Origin: Lingula anatina | Taxonomy: Eukaryota; Animalia; Brachiopoda | DNA length: 64,000 nucleotides | Direction of reading: 5' to 3' | Assembly (NCBI GenBank): GCA_051362555.1 | Contig: CM120641.1 | Location: 22,819,901-22,883,900 of the forward strand | Shown: positions 29,340 through 41,900 of the stretch, piece by piece | How the letters are laid out: the number at the start of each line of letters is the position of its first letter | How positions within the stretch are numbered: the first letter of the stretch is position 1 | The notes under the pieces: model-generated | What the model saw: only the letters and a program-made list of their open reading frames with translations | What the model was told of the DNA's origin: nothing | Database searches by the model: none | Made by a program: the position numbers and the translations under genes

Positions 29340-32300
29340 ATGACCCGTCAAAAATTTTTCCAAAAAGTGATGAAAATCAATTTACCACACCTGACATTCA
29401 TAAAAAATGTGGAAACGCGCCCGGGTCACTTCATTAAAGCCCCCAATTTCAGCTTTAAAGATTGCCAGAAAGCACACCTGAGAACAGGATTTGGAGAGGG
29501 GGGGGTGGAGAGAGTTTTTGCTCTATTTCTTCCTTAATAATGATACAACCACTCTTCCAGTACTTTATCCTCACTACAAATGACCAAACACACCTACCTG
29601 ACACAATATTGAAGAAAAAAATTTTTCATCCCTACCTGGCCAAAATTGAAGAAAACTGCCATATCCGGACCTTACGAAAATCACTCAAAATCACCCAAAA
29701 ATGACCCGTCAAAAATTTTTCCAAAAAGTGATGAAAATCAATTTACCACACCTGACATTCATAAAAAATGTGGAAACGTGCCCGGGTCACTTCATTAAAG
29801 CCCCCAATTTCAGCTTTAAAGATTGCCAGAAAGCACACCTGAGAACAGGATTTGGAGAGGGGGGGGTGGAGAGAGTTTTTGCTCTATTTCTTCCTTAATA
29901 ATGATACAACCACTCTTCCAGTACTTTATCCTCACTACAAATGACCAAACACACCTACCTGACACAATATTGAAGAAAAAAATTTTTCATCCCTACCTGG
30001 CCAAAATTGAAGAAAACTGCCATATCCGGACCTTACGAAAATCACTCAAAATCACCCAAAAATGACCCGTCAAAAATTTTTCCAAAAAGTGATGAAAATC
30101 AATTTACCACACCTGACATTCATAAAAAATGTGGAAACGCGCCCGGGTCACTTCATTAAAGCCCCCAATTTCAGCTTTAAAGATTGCCAGAAAGCACACC
30201 TGAGAACAGGATTTGGAGAGGGGGGGGTGGAGAGAGTTTTTGCTCTATTTCTTCCTTAATAATGATACAACCACTCTTCCAGTACTTTATCCTCACTACA
30301 AATGACCAAACACACCTACCTGACACAATATTGAAGAAAAAAATTTTTCATCCCTACCTGGCCAAAATTGAAGAAAACTGCCATATCCGGACCTTACGAA
30401 AATCACTCAAAATCACCCAAAAATGACCCGTCAAAAATTTTTCCAAAAAGTGATGAAAATCAATTTACCACACCTGACATTCATAAAAAATGTGGAAACG
30501 CGCCCAGGTCACTTCATTAAAGCCCCCAATTTCAGCTTTAAAGATTGCCAGAAAGCACACCTGAGAACAGGATTTGGAGAGGGGGGGGTGGAGAGAGTTT
30601 TTGCTCTATTTCTTCCTTAATAATGATACAACCACTCTTCCAGTACTTTATCCTCACTACAAATGACCAAACACACCTACCTGACACAATATTGAAGAAA
30701 AAAATTTTTCATCCCTACCTGGCCAAAATTGAAGAAAACTGCCATATCCGGACCTTACGAAAATCACTCAAAATCACCCAAAAATGACCCGTCAAAAATT
30801 TTTCCAAAAAGTGATGAAAATCAATTTACCACACCTGACATTCATAAAAAATGTGGAAACGCGCCCGGGTCACTTCATTAAAGCCCCCAATTTCAGCTTT
30901 AAAGATTGCCAGAAAGCACACCTGAGAACAGGATTTGGAGAGGGGGGGGTGGAGAGAGTTTTTGCTCTATTTCTTCCTTAATAATGATACAACCACTCTT
31001 CCAGTACTTTATCCTCACTACAAATGACCAAACACACCTACCTGACACAATATTGAAGAAAAAAATTTTTCATCCCTACCTGGCCAAAATTGAAGAAAAC
31101 TGCCATATCCGGACCTTACGAAAATCACTCAAAATCACCCAAAAATGACCCGTCAAAAATTTTTCCAAAAAGTGATGAAAATCAATTTACCACACCTGAC
31201 ATTCATAAAAAATGTGGAAACGTGCCCGGGTCACTTCATTAAAGCCCCCAATTTCAGCTTTAAAGATTGCCAGAAAGCACACCTGAGAACAGGATTTGGA
31301 GAGGGGGGGGGGGGTGGAGAGAGTTTTTGCTCTATTTCTTCCTTAATAATGATACAACCACTCTTCCAGTACTTTATCCTCACTACAAATGACCAAACAC
31401 ACCTACCTGACACAATATTGAAGAAAAAAATTTTTCATCCCTACCTGGCCAAAATTGAAGAAAACTGCCATATCCGGACCTTACGAAAATCACTCAAAAT
31501 CACCCAAAAATGACCCGTCAAAAATTTTTCCAAAAAGTGATGAAAATCAATTTACCACACCTGACATTCATAAAAAATGTGGAAACGCGCCCGGGTCACT
31601 TCATTAAAGCCCCCAATTTCAGCTTTAAAGATTGCCAGAAAGCACACCTGAGAACAGGATTTGGAGAGGGGGGGGGTGGAGAGAGTTTTTGCTCTATTTC
31701 TTCCTTAATAATGATACAACCACTCTTCCAGTACTTTATCCTCACTACAAATGACCAAACACACCTACCTGACACAATATTGAAGAAAAAAATTTTTCAT
31801 CCCTACCTGGCCAAAATTGAAGAAAACTGCCATATCCGGACCTTACGAAAATCACTCAAAATCACCCAAAAATGACCCGTCAAAAATTTTTCCAAAAAGT
31901 GATGAAAATCAATTTACCACACCTGACATTCATAAAAAATGTGGAAACGCGCCCGGGTCACTTCATTAAAGCCCCCAATTTCAGCTTTAAAGATTGCCAG
32001 AAAGCACACCTGAGAACAGGATTTGGAGAGGGGGGGGGTGGAGAGAGTTTTTGCTCTATTTCTTCCTTAATAATGATACAACCACTCTTCCAGTACTTTA
32101 TCCTCACTACAAATGACCAAACACACCTACCTGACACAATATTGAAGAAAAAAATTTTTCATCCCTACCTGGCCAAAATTGAAGAAAACTGCCATATCCG
32201 AGCCTTACGAAAATCACTCAAAATCACCCAAAAATGACCCGTCAAAAATTTTTCCAAAAAGTGATGAAAATCAATTTACCACACCTGACATTCATAAAAA

Positions 32301-32734
32301 ATGTGGAAACGCGCCCGGGTCACTTCATTAAAGCCCCCAATTTCAGCTTTAAAGATTGCCAGAAAGCACACCTGAGAACAGGATTTGGAGAGGGGGGGGT
32401 GGAGAGAGTTTTTGCTCTATTTCTTCCTTAATAATGATACAACCACTCTTCCAGTACTTTATCCTCACTACAAATGACCAAACACACCTACCTGACACAA
32501 TATTGAAGAAAAAAATTTTTCATCCCTAGACTTGCCCTTCAAGAAATCGACGGAAAATAGCTCTTTTTCAAATTTGAATGGGCACTGTAGAAAACATATA
32601 ACAGCTAAAGCTCTCAAATTAAGCACATATGTGTGATATCATGTGAATAATAAGTTCTGTAAATTTCAATCCAAGCAGTTGAGTACATTTTGAGACAGAA
32701 CGCTTTAAATGTGCAGCAAACCGTAACGCTTATC

Positions 32735-33113
32735 CCTTCAAGATCTCGACGAAAACCGGAAGTGCGTCATGACGTCACTCGCTTCTACTTGGAAAGCTGC
32801 TGGGTTATTTTCCGATGAGAAATATTTCGTGGCTCATACAAATGTTCGGAAAATGACCATGCAGATAAAAGAAAATTCACTAATCAAAATTGAAACTGCG
32901 TAATTACATAGGAAAACATTGTGCATTCCTGACCTCGACTTGTCAGTGTAAACAAAGTGTACTGAACGCATCGCAAGCAAGCACGTGAATGCCGCGTTTG
33001 ATACTTTGTATCAGACGCTTCGTTTTACTTGACAACACAGTGTTTACGATGGGCATGACAGGAAAAACAGTGCAAAAAACACGCACTTCCGGTTTTCGTC
33101 GATTTCTTGAAGG
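32735..33113. repeat. Internal 33-bp inverted repeat pair in the MITE (also in copies 2-4)
   Basis: CCTTCAAGATCTCGACGAAAACCGGAAGTGCGT (32735-32767) is the reverse complement of ACGCACTTCCGGTTTTCGTCGATTTCTTGAAGG (33081-33113) with 2 mismatches. Confidence 0.9.
32755..32777 (+). promoter_or_regulatory. ETS-like (ACCGGAAGTG) and CRE (TGACGTCA) consensus motifs inside the MITE
   Basis: ACCGGAAGTG lies at 32755-32764 and TGACGTCA at 32770-32777. A second ETS-like site (CACTTCCGGT) lies on the opposite strand at 33084-33093. These are motif matches only, with no functional evidence. Confidence 0.35.
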
Positions 33114-33130
33114 CGTCGATTTCTTGAAGG
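33097..33130 (+). repeat. Perfect 17-bp tandem direct repeat at the right end of the MITE
   Basis: CGTCGATTTCTTGAAGG occurs at 33097-33113 and again at 33114-33130. Confidence 0.95.
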
Positions 33131-35310
33131 GCGAGTCTACCTGGCCAAAATTGAAGAAAACTGCCATATCCGGACCTTACGAAAATCACTCAAAATCACC
33201 CAAAAATGACCCGTCAAAAATTTTTCCAAAAAGTGATGAAAATCAATTTACCACACCTGACATTCATAAAAAATGTGGAAACGCGCCCAGGTCACTTCAT
33301 TAAAGCCCCCAATTTCAGCTTTAAAGATTGCCAGAAAGCACACCTGAGAACAGGATTTGGAGAGGGGGGGGGGTGGAGAGAGTTTTTGCTCTATTTCTTC
33401 CTTAATAATGATACAACCACTCTTCCAGTACTTTATCCTCACTACAAATGACCAAACACACCTACCTGACACAATATTGAAGAAAAAAATTTTTCATCCC
33501 TACCTGGCCAAAATTGAAGAAAACTGCCATATCCGGACCTTACGAAAATCACTTAAAATCACCCAAAAATGACCCGTCAAAAATTTTTCCAAAAAGTGAT
33601 GAAAATCAATTTACCACACCTGACATTCATAAAAAATGTGGAAACGCGCCCGGGTCACTTCATTAAAGCCCCCAATTTCAGCTTTAAAGATTGCCAGAAA
33701 GCACACCTGAGAACAGGATTTGGAGAGGGGGGGGTGGAGAGAGTTTTTGCTCTATTTCTTCCTTAATAATGATACAACCACTCTTCCAGTACTTTATCCT
33801 CACTACAAATGACCAAACACACCTACCTGACACAATATTGAAGAAAAAAATTTTTCATCCCTACCTGGCCAAAATTGAAGAAAACTGCCATATCTGGACC
33901 TTACGAAAATCACTCAAAATCACCCAAAAATGACCCGTCAAAAATTTTTCCAAAAAGTGATGAAAATCAATTTACCACACCTGACATTCATAAAAAATGT
34001 GGAAACGTGCCCGGGTCACTTCATTAAAGCCCCCAATTTCAGCTTTAAAGATTGCCAGAAAGCACACCTGAGAACAGGATTTGGAGAGGGGGGGGGGGTG
34101 GAGAGAGTTTTTGCTCTATTTCTTCCTTAATAATGATACAACCACTCTTCCAGTACTTTATCCTCACTACAAATGACCAAACACACCTACCTGACACAAT
34201 ATTGAAGAAAAAAATTTTTCATCCCTACCTGGCCAAAATTGAAGAAAACTGCCATATCCGGACCTTACGAAAATCACTCAAAATCACCCAAAAATGACCC
34301 GTCAAAATTTTTTCCAAAAAGTGATGAAAATCAATTTACCACACCTGACATTCATAAAAAATGTGGAAACGCGCCCGGGTCACTTCATTAAAGCCCCCAA
34401 TTTCAGCTTTAAAGATTGCCAGAAAGCACACCTGAGAACAGGATTTGGAGAGGGGGGGGTGGAGAGAGTTTTTGCTCTATTTCTTCCTTAATAATGATAC
34501 AACCACTCTTCCAGTACTTTATCCTCACTACAAATGACCAAACACACCTACCTGACACAATATTGAAGAAAAAAATTTTTCATCCCTACCTGGCCAAAAT
34601 TGAAGAAAACTGCCATATCCGGACCTTACGAAAATCACTCAAAATCACCCAAAAATGACCCGTCAAAAATTTTTCCAAAAAGTGATGAAAATCAATTTAC
34701 CACACCTGACATTCATAAAAAATGTGGAAACGCGCCCGGGTCACTTCATTAAAGCCCCCAATTTCAGCTTTAAAGATTGCCAGAAAGCACACCTGAGAAC
34801 AGGATTTGGAGAGGGGGGGGTGGAGAGAGTTTTTGCTCTATTTCTTCCTTAATAATGATACAACCACTCTTCCAGTACTTTATCCTCACTACAAATGACC
34901 AAACACACCTACCTGACACAATATTGAAGAAAAAAATTTTTCATCCCTACCTGGCCAAAATTGAAGAAAACTGCCATATCCGGACCTTACGAAAATCACT
35001 CAAAATCACCCAAAAATGACCCGTCAAAAATTTTTCCAAAAAGTGATGAAAATCAATTTACCACACCTGACATTCATAAAAAATGTGGAAACGCGCCCGG
35101 GTCACTTCATTAAAGCCCCCAATTTCAGCTTTAAAGATTGCCAGAAAGCACACCTGAGAACAGGATTTGGAGAGGGGGGGGTGGAGAGAGTTTTTGCTCT
35201 ATTTCTTCCTTAATAATGATACAACCACTCTTCCAGTACTTTATCCTCACTACAAATGACCAAACACACCTACCTGACACAATATTGAAGAAAAAAATTT
35301 TTCATCCCTA

Positions 35311-35919
35311 GACTTGCCCTTCAAGAAATCGACGGAAAATAGCTCTTTTTCAAATTTGAATGGGCACTGTAGAAAACATATAACAGCTAAAGCTCTCAAA
35401 TTAAGCACATATGTGTGATATCATGTGAATAATAAGTTCTGTAAATTTCAATCCAAGCAGTTGAGTACATTTTGAGACAGAACGCTTTAAATGTGCAGCA
35501 AACCGTAACGCTTATCCCTTCAAGATCTCGACGAAAACCGGAAGTGCGTCATGACGTCACTCGCTTCTACTTGGAAAGCTGCTGGGTTATTTTCCGATGA
35601 GAAATATTTCGTGGCTCATACAAATGTTCGGAAAATGACCATGCAGATAAAAGAAAATTCACTAATCAAAATTGAAACTGCGTAATTACATAGGAAAACA
35701 TTGTGCATTCCTGACCTCGACTTGTCAGTGTAAACAAAGTGTACTGAACGCATCGCAAGCAAGCACGTGAATGCCGCGTTTGATACTTTGTATCAGACGC
35801 TTCGTTTTACTTGACAACACAGTGTTTACGATGGGCATGACAGGAAAAACAGTGCAAAAAACACGCACTTCCGGTTTTCGTCGATTTCTTGAAGGCGTCG
35901 ATTTCTTGAAGGGCGAGTC
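35311..35919. mobile_element. 609-bp MITE-like element, copy 2
   Basis: Same sequence, TIRs, TA duplication, orientation and monomer position as copy 1 (offset +2782). Confidence 0.92.
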
Positions 35920-38900
35920 TACCTGGCCAAAATTGAAGAAAACTGCCATATCCGGACCTTACGAAAATCACTCAAAATCACCCAAAAATGACCCGTCAAA
36001 AATTTTTCCAAAAAGTGATGAAAATCAATTTACCACACCTGACATTCATAAAAAATGTGGAAACGCGCCCAGGTCACTTCATTAAAGCCCCCAATTTCAG
36101 CTTTAAAGATTGCCAGAAAGCACACCTGAGAACAGGATTTGGAGAGGGGGGGGGGTGGAGAGAGTTTTTGCTCTATTTCTTCCTTAATAATGATACAACC
36201 ACTCTTCCAGTACTTTATCCTCACTACAAATGACCAAACACGCCTACCTGACACAATATTGAAGAAAAAAATTTTTCATCCCTACCTGGCCAAAATTGAA
36301 GAAAACTGCCATATCCGGACCTTACGAAAATCACTCAAAATCACCCAAAAATGACCCGTCAAAAAATTTTCCAAAAAGTGATGAAAATCAATTTACCACA
36401 CCTGACATTCATAAAAAATGTGGAAACGCGCCCGGGTCACTTCATTAAAGCCCCCAATTTCAGCTTTAAAGATTGCCAGAAAGCACACCTGAGAACAGGA
36501 TTTGGAGAGGGGGGGGTGGAGAGAGTTTTTGCTCTATTTCTTCCTTAATAATGATACAACCACTCTTCCAGTACTTTATCCTCACTACAAATGACCAAAC
36601 ACACCTACCTGACACAATATTGAAGAAAAAAATTTTTCATCCCTACCTGGCCAAAATTGAAGAAAACTGCCATATCCGGACCTTACGAAAATCACTCAAA
36701 ATCACCCAAAAATGACCCGTCAAAAATTTTTCCAAAAAGTGATGAAAATCAATTTACCACACCTGACATTCATAAAAAATGTGGAAACGCGCCCGGGTCA
36801 CTTCATTAAAGCCCCCAATTTCAGCTTTAAAGATTGCCAGAAAGCACACCTGAGAACAGGATTTGGAGAGGGGGGGGTGGAGAGAGTTTTTGCTCTATTT
36901 CTTCCTTAATAATGATACAACCACTCTTCCAGTACTTTATCCTCACTACAAATGACCAAACACACCTACCTGACACAATATTGAAGAAAAAAATTTTTCA
37001 TCCCTACCTGGCCAAAATTGAAGAAAACTGCCATATCCGGACCTTACGAAAATCACTCAAAATCACCCAAAAATGACCCGTCAAAAATTTTTCCAAAAAG
37101 TGATGAAAATCAATTTACCACACCTGACATTCATAAAAAATGTGGAAACGCGCCCAGGTCACTTCATTAAAGCCCCCAATTTCAGCTTTAAAGATTGCCA
37201 GAAAGCACACCTGAGAACAGGATTTGGAGAGGGGGGGGTGGAGAGAGTTTTTGCTCTATTTCTTCCTTAATAATGATACAACCACTCTTCCAGTACTTTA
37301 TCCTCACTACAAATGACCAAACACACCTACCTGACACAATATTGAAGAAAAAAATTTTTCATCCCTACCTGGCCAAAATTGAAGAAAACTGCCATATCCG
37401 GACCTTACGAAAATCACTCAAAATCACCCAAAAATGACCCGTCAAAAATTTTTCCAAAAAGTGATGAAAATCAATTTACCACACCTGACATTCATAAAAA
37501 ATGTGGAAACGCGCCCGGGTCACTTCATTAAAGCCCCCAATTTCAGCTTTAAAGATTGCCAGAAAGCACACCTGAGAACAGGATTTGGAGAGGGGGGGGT
37601 GGAGAGAGTTTTTGCTCTATTTCTTCCTTAATAATGATACAACCACTCTTCCAGTACTTTATCCTCACTACAAATGACCAAACACACCTACCTGACACAA
37701 TATTGAAGAAAAAAATTTTTCATCCCTACCTGGCCAAAATTGAAGAAAACTGCCATATCCGGACCTTACGAAAATCACTCAAAATCACCCAAAAATGACC
37801 CGTCAAAAATTTTTCCAAAAAGTGATGAAAATCAATTTACCACACATGACATTCATAAAAAATGTGGAAACGCGCCCGGGTCACTTCATTAAAGCCCCCA
37901 ATTTCAGCTTTAAAGATTGCCAGAAAGCACACCTGAGAACAGGATTTGGAGAGGGGGGGGGTGGAGAGAGTTTTTGCTCTATTTCTTCCTTAATAATGAT
38001 ACAACCACTCTTCCAGTACTTTATCCTCACTACAAATGACCAAACACACCTACCTGACACAATATTGAAGAAAAAAATTTTTCATCCCTACCTGGCCAAA
38101 ATTGAAGAAAACTGCCATATCCGGACCTTACGAAAATCACTCAAAATCACCCAAAAATGACCCGTCAAAAATTTTTCCAAAAAGTGATGAAAATCAATTT
38201 ACCACACCTGACATTCATAAAAAATGTGGAAACGCGCCCGGGTCACTTCATTAAAGCCCCCAATTTCAGCTTTAAAGATTGCCAGAAAGCACACCTGAGA
38301 ACAGGATTTGGAGAGGGGGGGGTGGAGAGAGTTTTTGCTCTATTTCTTCCTTAATAATGATACAACCACTCTTCCAGTACTTTATCCTCACTACAAATGA
38401 CCAAACACACCTACCTGACACAATATTGAAGAAAAAAATTTTTCATCCCTACCTGGCCAAAATTGAAGAAAACTGCCATATCCGGACCTTACGAAAATCA
38501 CTCAAAATCACCCAAAAATGACCCGTCAAAAATTTTTCCAAAAAGTGATGAAAATCAATTTACCACACCTGACATTCATAAAAAATGTGGAAACGCGCCC
38601 GGGTCACTTCATTAAAGCCCCCAATTTCAGCTTTAAAGATTGCCAGAAAGCACACCTGAGAACAGGATTTGGAGAGGGGGGGGTGGAGAGAGTTTTTGCT
38701 CTATTTCTTCCTTAATAATGATACAACCACTCTTCCAGTACTTTATCCTCACTACAAATGACCAAACACACCTACCTGACACAATATTGAAGAAAAAAAT
38801 TTTTCATCCCTACCTGGCCAAAATTGAAGAAAACTGCCATATCCGGACCTTACGAAAATCACTCAAAATCACCCAAAAATGACAAGTCAAAAATTTTTCC

Positions 38901-41900
38901 AAAAAGTGATGAAAATCAATTTACCACACCTGACATTCATAAAAAATGTGGAAACGCGCCCGGGTCACTTCATTAAAGCCCCTAATTTCAGCTTTAAAGA
39001 TTGCCAGAAAGCACACCTGAGAACAGGATTTGGAGAGGGGGGGGTGGAGAGAGTTTTTGCTCTATTTCTTCCTTAATAATGATACAACCACTCTTCCAGT
39101 ACTTTATCCTCACTACAAATGACCAAACACACCTACCTGACACAATATTGAAGAAAAAAATTTTTCATCCCTACCTGGCCAAAATTGAAGAAAACTGCCA
39201 TATCCGGACCTTACGAAAATCACTCAAAATCAAAAATTTTTCCAAAAAGTGATGAAAATCAATTTACCACACCTGACATTCATAAAAAATGTGGAAACGC
39301 GCCCGGGTCACTTCATTAAAGCCCCCAATTTCAGCTTTAAAGATTGCCAGAAAGCACACCTGAGAACAGGATTTGGAGAGGGGGGGGTGGAGAGAGTTTT
39401 TGCTCTATTTCTTCCTTAATAATGATACAACCACTCTTCCAGTACTTTATCCTCACTACAAATGACCAAACACACCTACCTGACACAATATTGAAGAAAA
39501 AAATTTTTCATCCCTACCTGGCCAAAATTGAAGAAAACTGCCATATCCGGACCTTACGAAAATCACTCAAAATCACCCAAAAATGACCCGTCAAAAATTT
39601 TTCCAAAAAGTGATGAAAATCAATTTACCACACCTGACATTCATAAAAAATGTGGAAACGCGCCCGGGTCACTTCATTAAAGCCCCCAATTTCAGCTTTA
39701 AAGATTGCCAGAAAGCACACCTGAGAACAGGATTTGGAGAGGGGGGGGTGGAGAGAGTTTTTGCTCTATTTCTTCCTTAATAATGATACAACCACTCTTC
39801 CAGTACTTTATCCTCACTACAAATGACCAAACACACCTACCTGACACAATATTGAAGAAAAAAATTTTTCATCCCTACCTGGCCAAAATTGAAGAAAACT
39901 GCCATATCCGGACCTTACGAAAATCACTCAAAATCACCCAAAAATGACCCGTCAAAAATTTTTCCAAAAAGTGATGAAAATCAATTTACCACACCTGACA
40001 TTCATAAAAAATGTGGAAACGCGCCCGGGTCACTTCATTAAAGCCCCCAATTTCAGCTTTAAAGATTGCCAGAAAGCACACCTGAGAACAGGATTTGGAG
40101 AGGGGGGGGGTGGAGAGAGTTTTTGCTCTATTTCTTCCTTAATAATGATACAACCACTCTTCCAGTACTTTATCCTCACTACAAATGACCAAACACACCT
40201 ACCTGACACAATATTGAAGAAAAAAATTTTTCATCCCTACCTGGCCAAAATTGAAGAAAACTGCCATATCCGGACCTTACGAAAATCACTCAAAATCACC
40301 CAAAAATGACCCGTCAAAAATTTTTCCAAAAAGTGATGAAAATCAATTTACCACACCTGACATTCATAAAAAATGTGGAAACGCGCCCGGGTCACTTCAT
40401 TAAAGCCCCCAATTTCAGCTTTAAAGATTGCCAGAAAGCACACCTGAGAACAGGATTTGGAGAGGGGGGGGGGGGTGGAGAGAGTTTTTGCTCTATTTCT
40501 TCCTTAATAATGATACAACCACTCTTCCAGTACTTTATCCTCACTACAAATGACCAAACACACCTACCTGACACAATATTGAAGAAAAAAATTTTTCATC
40601 CCTACCTGGCCAAAATTGAAGAAAACTGCCATATCCGGACCTTACGAAAATCACTCAAAATCACCCAAAAATGACCCGTCAAAAATTTTTCCAAAAAGTG
40701 ATGAAAATCAATTTACCACACCTGACATTCATAAAAAATGTGGAAACGCGCCCGGGTCACTTCATTAAAGCCCCCAATTTCAGCTTTAAAGATTGCCAGA
40801 AAGCACACCTGAGAACAGGATTTGGAGAGGGGGGGGGTGGAGAGAGTTTTTGCTCTATTTCTTCCTTAATAATGATACAACCACTCTTCCAGTACTTTAT
40901 CCTCACTACAAATGACCAAACACACCTACCTGACACAATATTGAAGAAAAAAATTTTTCATCCCTACCTGGCCAAAATTGAAGAAAACTGCCATATCCGG
41001 ACCTTACGAAAATCACTCAAAATCACCCAAAAATGACCCGTCAAAAATTTTTCCAAAAAGTGATGAAAATCAATTTACCACACCTGACATTCATAAAAAA
41101 TGTGGAAACGCGCCCGGGTCACTTCATTAAAGCCCCCAATTTCAGCTTTAAAGATTGCCAGAAAGCACACCTGAGAACAGGATTTGGAGAGGGGGGGGTG
41201 GAGAGAGTTTTTGCTCTATTTCTTCCTTAATAATGATACAACCACTCTTCCAGTACTTTATCCTCACTACAAATGACCAAACACACCTACCTGACACAAT
41301 ATTGAAGAAAAAAATTTTTCATCCCTACCTGGCCAAAATTGAAGAAAACTGCCATATCCGGACCTTACGAAAATCACTCAAAATCACCCAAAAATGACCC
41401 GTCAAAAATTTTTCCAAAAAGTGATGAAAATCAATTTACCACACCTGACATTCATAAAAAATGTGGAAACGCGCCCGGGTCACTTCATTAAAGCCCCCAA
41501 TTTCAGCTTTAAAGATTGCCAGAAAGCACACCTGAGAACAGGATTTGGAGAGGGGGGGGGGTGGAGAGAGTTTTTGCTCTATTTCTTCCTTAATAATGAT
41601 ACAACCACTCTTCCAGTACTTTATCCTCACTACAAATGACCAAACACACCTACCTGACACAATATTGAAGAAAAAAATTTTTCATCCCTACCTGGCCAAA
41701 ATTGAAGAAAACTGCCATATCCGGACCTTACGAAAATCACTCAAAATCACCCAAAAATGACCCGTCAAAAATTTTTCCAAAAAGTGATGAAAATCAATTT
41801 ACCACACCTGACATTCATAAAAAATGTGGAAACGCGCCCGGGTCACTTCATTAAAGCCCCCAATTTCAGCTTTAAAGATTGCCAGAAAGCACACCTGAGA

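Larger units (their letters stand above)
32529..33137. mobile_element. 609-bp MITE-like non-autonomous DNA transposon, copy 1, TA target-site duplication
   Basis: The empty site CATCCC-TA-CCTGG becomes CATCCC-TA-[GACTTGCCCTTCAAGAAATCGACG...CGTCGATTTCTTGAAGGGCGAGTC]-TA-CCTGG. The TIRs are 24 bp (32529-32552 / 33114-33137) with 1 mismatch. The host monomer is 972 bp = 361+609+2. No transposase ORF is present. Confidence 0.92.

Noticed and set aside
32567-32641. Short palindromes TTCAAATTTGAA, CACATATGTG, TGATATCA in the MITE left arm
   Set aside because: They are short and AT-rich, so no function can be supported from sequence alone.
32850-32893. Short matches between MITE and satellite (AAAATGACC, CAAAATTGAA)
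   Set aside because: Matches of 9-10 bp in A-rich sequence are too weak to infer that the satellite derives from the element.
32526-33139. Alternative boundaries: a 3-bp CTA duplication, or TAG...CTA termini (Academ-like)
   Set aside because: A CTA TSD makes the TIRs asymmetric by one base. TAG...CTA termini would give a 613-bp element, but the net gain is only 611 bp, leaving no TSD. TA plus 609 bp is the most parsimonious reading.
32943-33303. 74-aa and 104-aa ORFs overlapping the MITE right end
   Set aside because: They run across the TIR into satellite sequence and show no transposase or other recognisable motif.
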